A DNA stretch of 64,000 bases, taken from the NCBI RefSeq assembly GCF_001194135.2, contig NC_068988.1:92261539-92325538 (forward strand), read 5' to 3'. The notes beneath the pieces were generated by a model, which saw nothing but the letters and a program-made list of their open reading frames with translations, did not search any database and had not been told where the DNA came from. How positions within the stretch are numbered: position 1 is the first letter of the stretch; every line of letters starts with the position of its first letter. The position numbers were made by a program, and so were the translations under genes. The stretch is from Octopus bimaculoides (Eukaryota). Shown piece by piece: positions 60,211 to 64,000 of this stretch.

Positions 60211-63200
60211 CCTATATATGTGTGTGTGTGTGTGTGTACACACACACACACACACACACACACAGCTGTGATCTGTGCATCCATGTTGTTGAAATCAATC
60301 TTTCATCTGAATATAAAACCAACAATTTGCAGAATTTAAAAATATTTTATTTCTTGTTCTTTTTATTCTGATGGAGAAGGGGTGGGTACAGTGCCTACCG
60401 CTGTTCCAAGTGTGGATGATTCTGGTTCTGAAAAAGAAAGATTGCTAAAATATGTTGAAGGCTGAAGCTAATGGTAGTTGATGTAGTTGTTTAACCCTGA
60501 TCTGGAGGACCTATGATGAAAGATGCCCCTTCCTCTCATGACCATCCTATTTTTTATTCAGATAACAGGGTATTTGCTGTTCAGAGGAATGTTGGTAGTT
60601 TTTGGATATGATCCAAAATATGCTTGCTTTTTGGTGAGTTCTGTAACACATTGGTTACTGAACTCAAATACAGGGGTAATTTTTATTCAGTATTTTTAAA
60701 GTTTCTTTTGATTTAATGTTAAATTGTCTCTTCTAACTTAGCATAAACAACTTTTATTGGTCATGGACAAATAGAAGATGGTCTGCAATATTTGTGTGCA
60801 CTAAGTCCTTTTCAGCATGACATGGTAATAAAGTGGAATACTTTATGATACAACACTCATGATATAATACTTCCCTTCTTCTTGTAATAGCTTCATAATT
60901 CTCTTTGAAGTTCATTATAAAAACAAAAATGTTTAAATCTTAACAGTTGTAAAACATTCAAGTTTTAATGACAGTAGAAGAGGAAAAGTGTAAATGCTAT
61001 AGAGTGAAGATAAATTGTCGCAAGCAATATAAGCTCAATACTCAATTGAACAATTTCCTTTCATTTACTCCTGTCCCTGCAGTTTTTTTCCACACTCAGT
61101 ATCATGAAGAAAATTGACCTTGAACTTCAACAATCCAGGCTTATAACATTTTTTTCATTTTCACAGGAGAAAATCAGCAATTTGGAAAGTTGCTAGATTT
61201 AATATTATTTTTGTTAATATTAATAGTTCACCTTAACCAACCTTGGGTGTATTTTTGTTTAAGCTTAGGTTAGCTTTGGTCAAGCTGAACTATGGTCAAA
61301 ATTATTTCGGCTGTCACCAGCCCATCTGTTTTTCAGATATAATGCATCTAGAGTGAGTTAATCAAATGCATCCTCTCTTTTTTAAGGAAGATTTAGCTGC
61401 TATTTATAGCAAGTTGAGTGACCATTTTTATCTTTTACTTGTGTCAGTCATTGGACTGCAGCCATACTGACGCACTGCCTTACAGGATTTAGTCAAGTAA
61501 ATTGAACCTAGTACTTATTTTCAAGTCTGGTACTTATTCTGTCAGGCTCTTTTGCCAAACCACTTAGTTATGGAGATATAAACAAACCATTCACTGGTTG
61601 CCAAATGCAAAGACATACACACACACACACACACATTATATGATGGGCCTTCACATTGTTTTCATCCATCAAATTCACTCACAAGGCATTGGTCAGCTCA
61701 TGGCTATAATAGAAGATAGTTGCCCAATGTGCTACCCAGTTGGATTGAACCTAAAACTATGTGGTTGCAAACAGAGCTTCTAAATCATGTAGCCATTCCT
61801 GCATCTATATAAAGGTTGTTTTTATAATATTTAACCTAGTAATGATTGAGGTTGGGTTCTAATAAATTCCTACAGATATTGTAATGTTAAGAATCTATTG
61901 ATCCTTTATCTGTATCAATATAAGTTTGCTTGGCATTAGACAATTTTATAATTCATTAATAAATGGATCTTTGCTGTTTTCAATGATTAGTATTCAGTTG
62001 TTTGGTCAACTGAACTACAGTTTGTACAATACCATCAAATGTTAAGGATTTCTGTCATTATTGACAATTACAAGTCAATAAACTACTTATTTATTTGCTT
62101 GTGAGTATTTGACTATTACCACAGACATATGTACCCTTAATGTTGTTCTCAACTGGAATCAGTGTGACATAGTTAATCAAGGCTGGACCTTTAAATTACT
62201 AGTACAGTCCATCAGGTGGGCTTCCAGATGGTGATGGTACTTTCTTCATATCTGAAGATCACGAGGAGGAGCAACATGCCCTCAAGAATCTATGTAAATG
62301 GACCCTTGATGCTGCTAGGCTTTTTCTTCCTGCCTTCACTTAGCAGTCTTAAAGTGGGAGTCAGTCCACTCAATATGATCTCCTCTTTAGACTTGGGGGT
62401 CTGATCACTGTGACTCATTCGGCTAAGATGACTGCAGTGACCAGCAAGCTGTAGGTTTTACGTTGGGGTGACTTTCTCCAAGCTGAATTGCTTGACAGGG
62501 CTAGGGAGCTACACCTACCTGGGAGTTGTTGGAGGGTGTCAAAGAAGACAGCAGACCACCTGAGTGACTCCACTTCTTGATTTGCTGTCGAGGTTGACTT
62601 CCCTAGCCTTTTCCTTTCCCAAGACACTCATGTAACAGCGAGGGTTTGTGCTTAGAGTTTTTTTACGTCACAAGCTAATTAACTCATAGCTGTGACCTGG
62701 ACAGGTGCTACTACATTGAGTCAGAGTAGGTCTGGGAACAGCAGTGACAAAGAGGTGGTTCCCACACATTTCAATACCCTGGAACGCCCAAACCAGGGCC
62801 CAACTGCCAGATGCAGTTTTTAAAGTCATACTGAGGTCAACTTCCAGACAGTTCAACACTGTCATCAAATGATATGTGCCCATCTAACTATCAGCTATAC
62901 TGGAAGATACTTTGATTTAAGGATTTTGTAACTAAGGTTTCCATTATCAATTGGCTGTATAATGAAGTTTGAGCACCTCTATCAGGAAAGCACTACTCGC
63001 CCCCCCCTCTCTCTCTCCTCTTTCCTCCTTCTTTCCCTCTTTTTCTTTCTCTCTCTCTTGTTTCAGCTTCTCTCCTCTCTACGTTTATTAAACAATTTTT
63101 TTCACTGGCCCCCTCCTAAGAAAAACATTATTAAAACAAATAAAACATTTGCGCAATCACACACATATACACACACATTAATCAATACATCAGTCACACA

Positions 63201-63314
63201 CTCATATACAAATCACATAGGCACACACAAATATATTTTCCACTTCAAACTTCAATATTGATTTCTATAATTCCTCACTTATTGATCTCTAATATTTCTC
63301 TTAGTCTAACAGGT

Positions 63315-63800
63315 ACCACCACCACCACCATCAGGTAAATGACTACTCTTTCTGTTACCCCTCCCCCCACTACCACTGTCATCTCCCCCACCACTACCAC
63401 TAACATAACCATCTCCGCTATCATCGCCGCTACCCCTACCGCCACTACCCCTACCTCTATAGTTTCCACTACTATTACTATCATCACTGCCACTACTATA
63501 ATAGAACTACTACCACCACTACCACCATCACTCCCACTGTCACCACTCACTTTACAACTACCATCTTCTCTGCCACCATTATGACCACCACCATCATCAT
63601 CACTATTATTGCTATCACCATCACCACCACTGCCACTACCACTATCACTATGACAACCATTTTCTGTTACCATCACTCCACTCTCCATTATCTCAACACT
63701 ACCACCACCATCATTTCCTCCTCCTTGTCCTCCTCTTCTACTCAGACTGCTGCTGCTGCTGCTACTACTACTACTACTTTATAGAAATTACAACAACAGC
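63315..63800. repeat. Degenerate (CAC/CAT/CTA)n trinucleotide tract
   Basis: Direct reading; explains the Thr/Ile/Val-rich ORFs. Confidence 0.9.
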
Positions 63801-64000
63801 AAGGGCTATAGTAAAAAGTGCAACAAAGGAACCTCTATGTGGTCACTCCATCTGTTAGAAATAGCAGCCAAAGCACACCTGTGCATGTTTATAAAAACAG
63901 GACATATTGGTTCACATAGTCCTAAATACAGTTTGTTTGATGTAAAAATGGGATGGTCATAATTGGAATACCTTTAATCATGTCTACTGCTTGGATAAGG

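Noticed and set aside
62190-62880. Possible LINE 5' end with an HDV-like ribozyme
   Set aside because: Two small hairpins are visible, but I could not build the nested double pseudoknot or identify a coding motif.

Overview
AT-rich (roughly one-third GC) eukaryotic genomic DNA packed with SINEs, LINE remnants, DNA transposons and microsatellites, with four N gaps. The repeat families look like those of an octopod cephalopod; this is inference from recognition, not a database result. There is one clear protein-coding gene: an intronless, secreted and probably GPI-anchored alpha-carbonic anhydrase (35213-36094, +). It keeps the zinc His triad but has lost the catalytic Thr199/Glu106 pair and His64. 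Most ORFs in the track are low-complexity or repeat artefacts. Main discoveries: (1) two diverged copies of a short, RT-less retroelement (Gag-like CCHC ORF1 plus a conserved small ORF2) stacked at exactly the same 19-bp site in the 5' UTR of a mariner transposon, suggesting a sequence-specific parasite of mariner; (2) an apparently complete minimal type-I hammerhead ribozyme at 18321-18400, plus a tRNA-headed SINE family carrying a hammerhead motif in its tail; (3) two MITE families built around telomeric TTAGGG repeats; (4) a TATA/CCAAT/E-box promoter with a 31-codon uORF leading to a gene whose body would lie left of the window.
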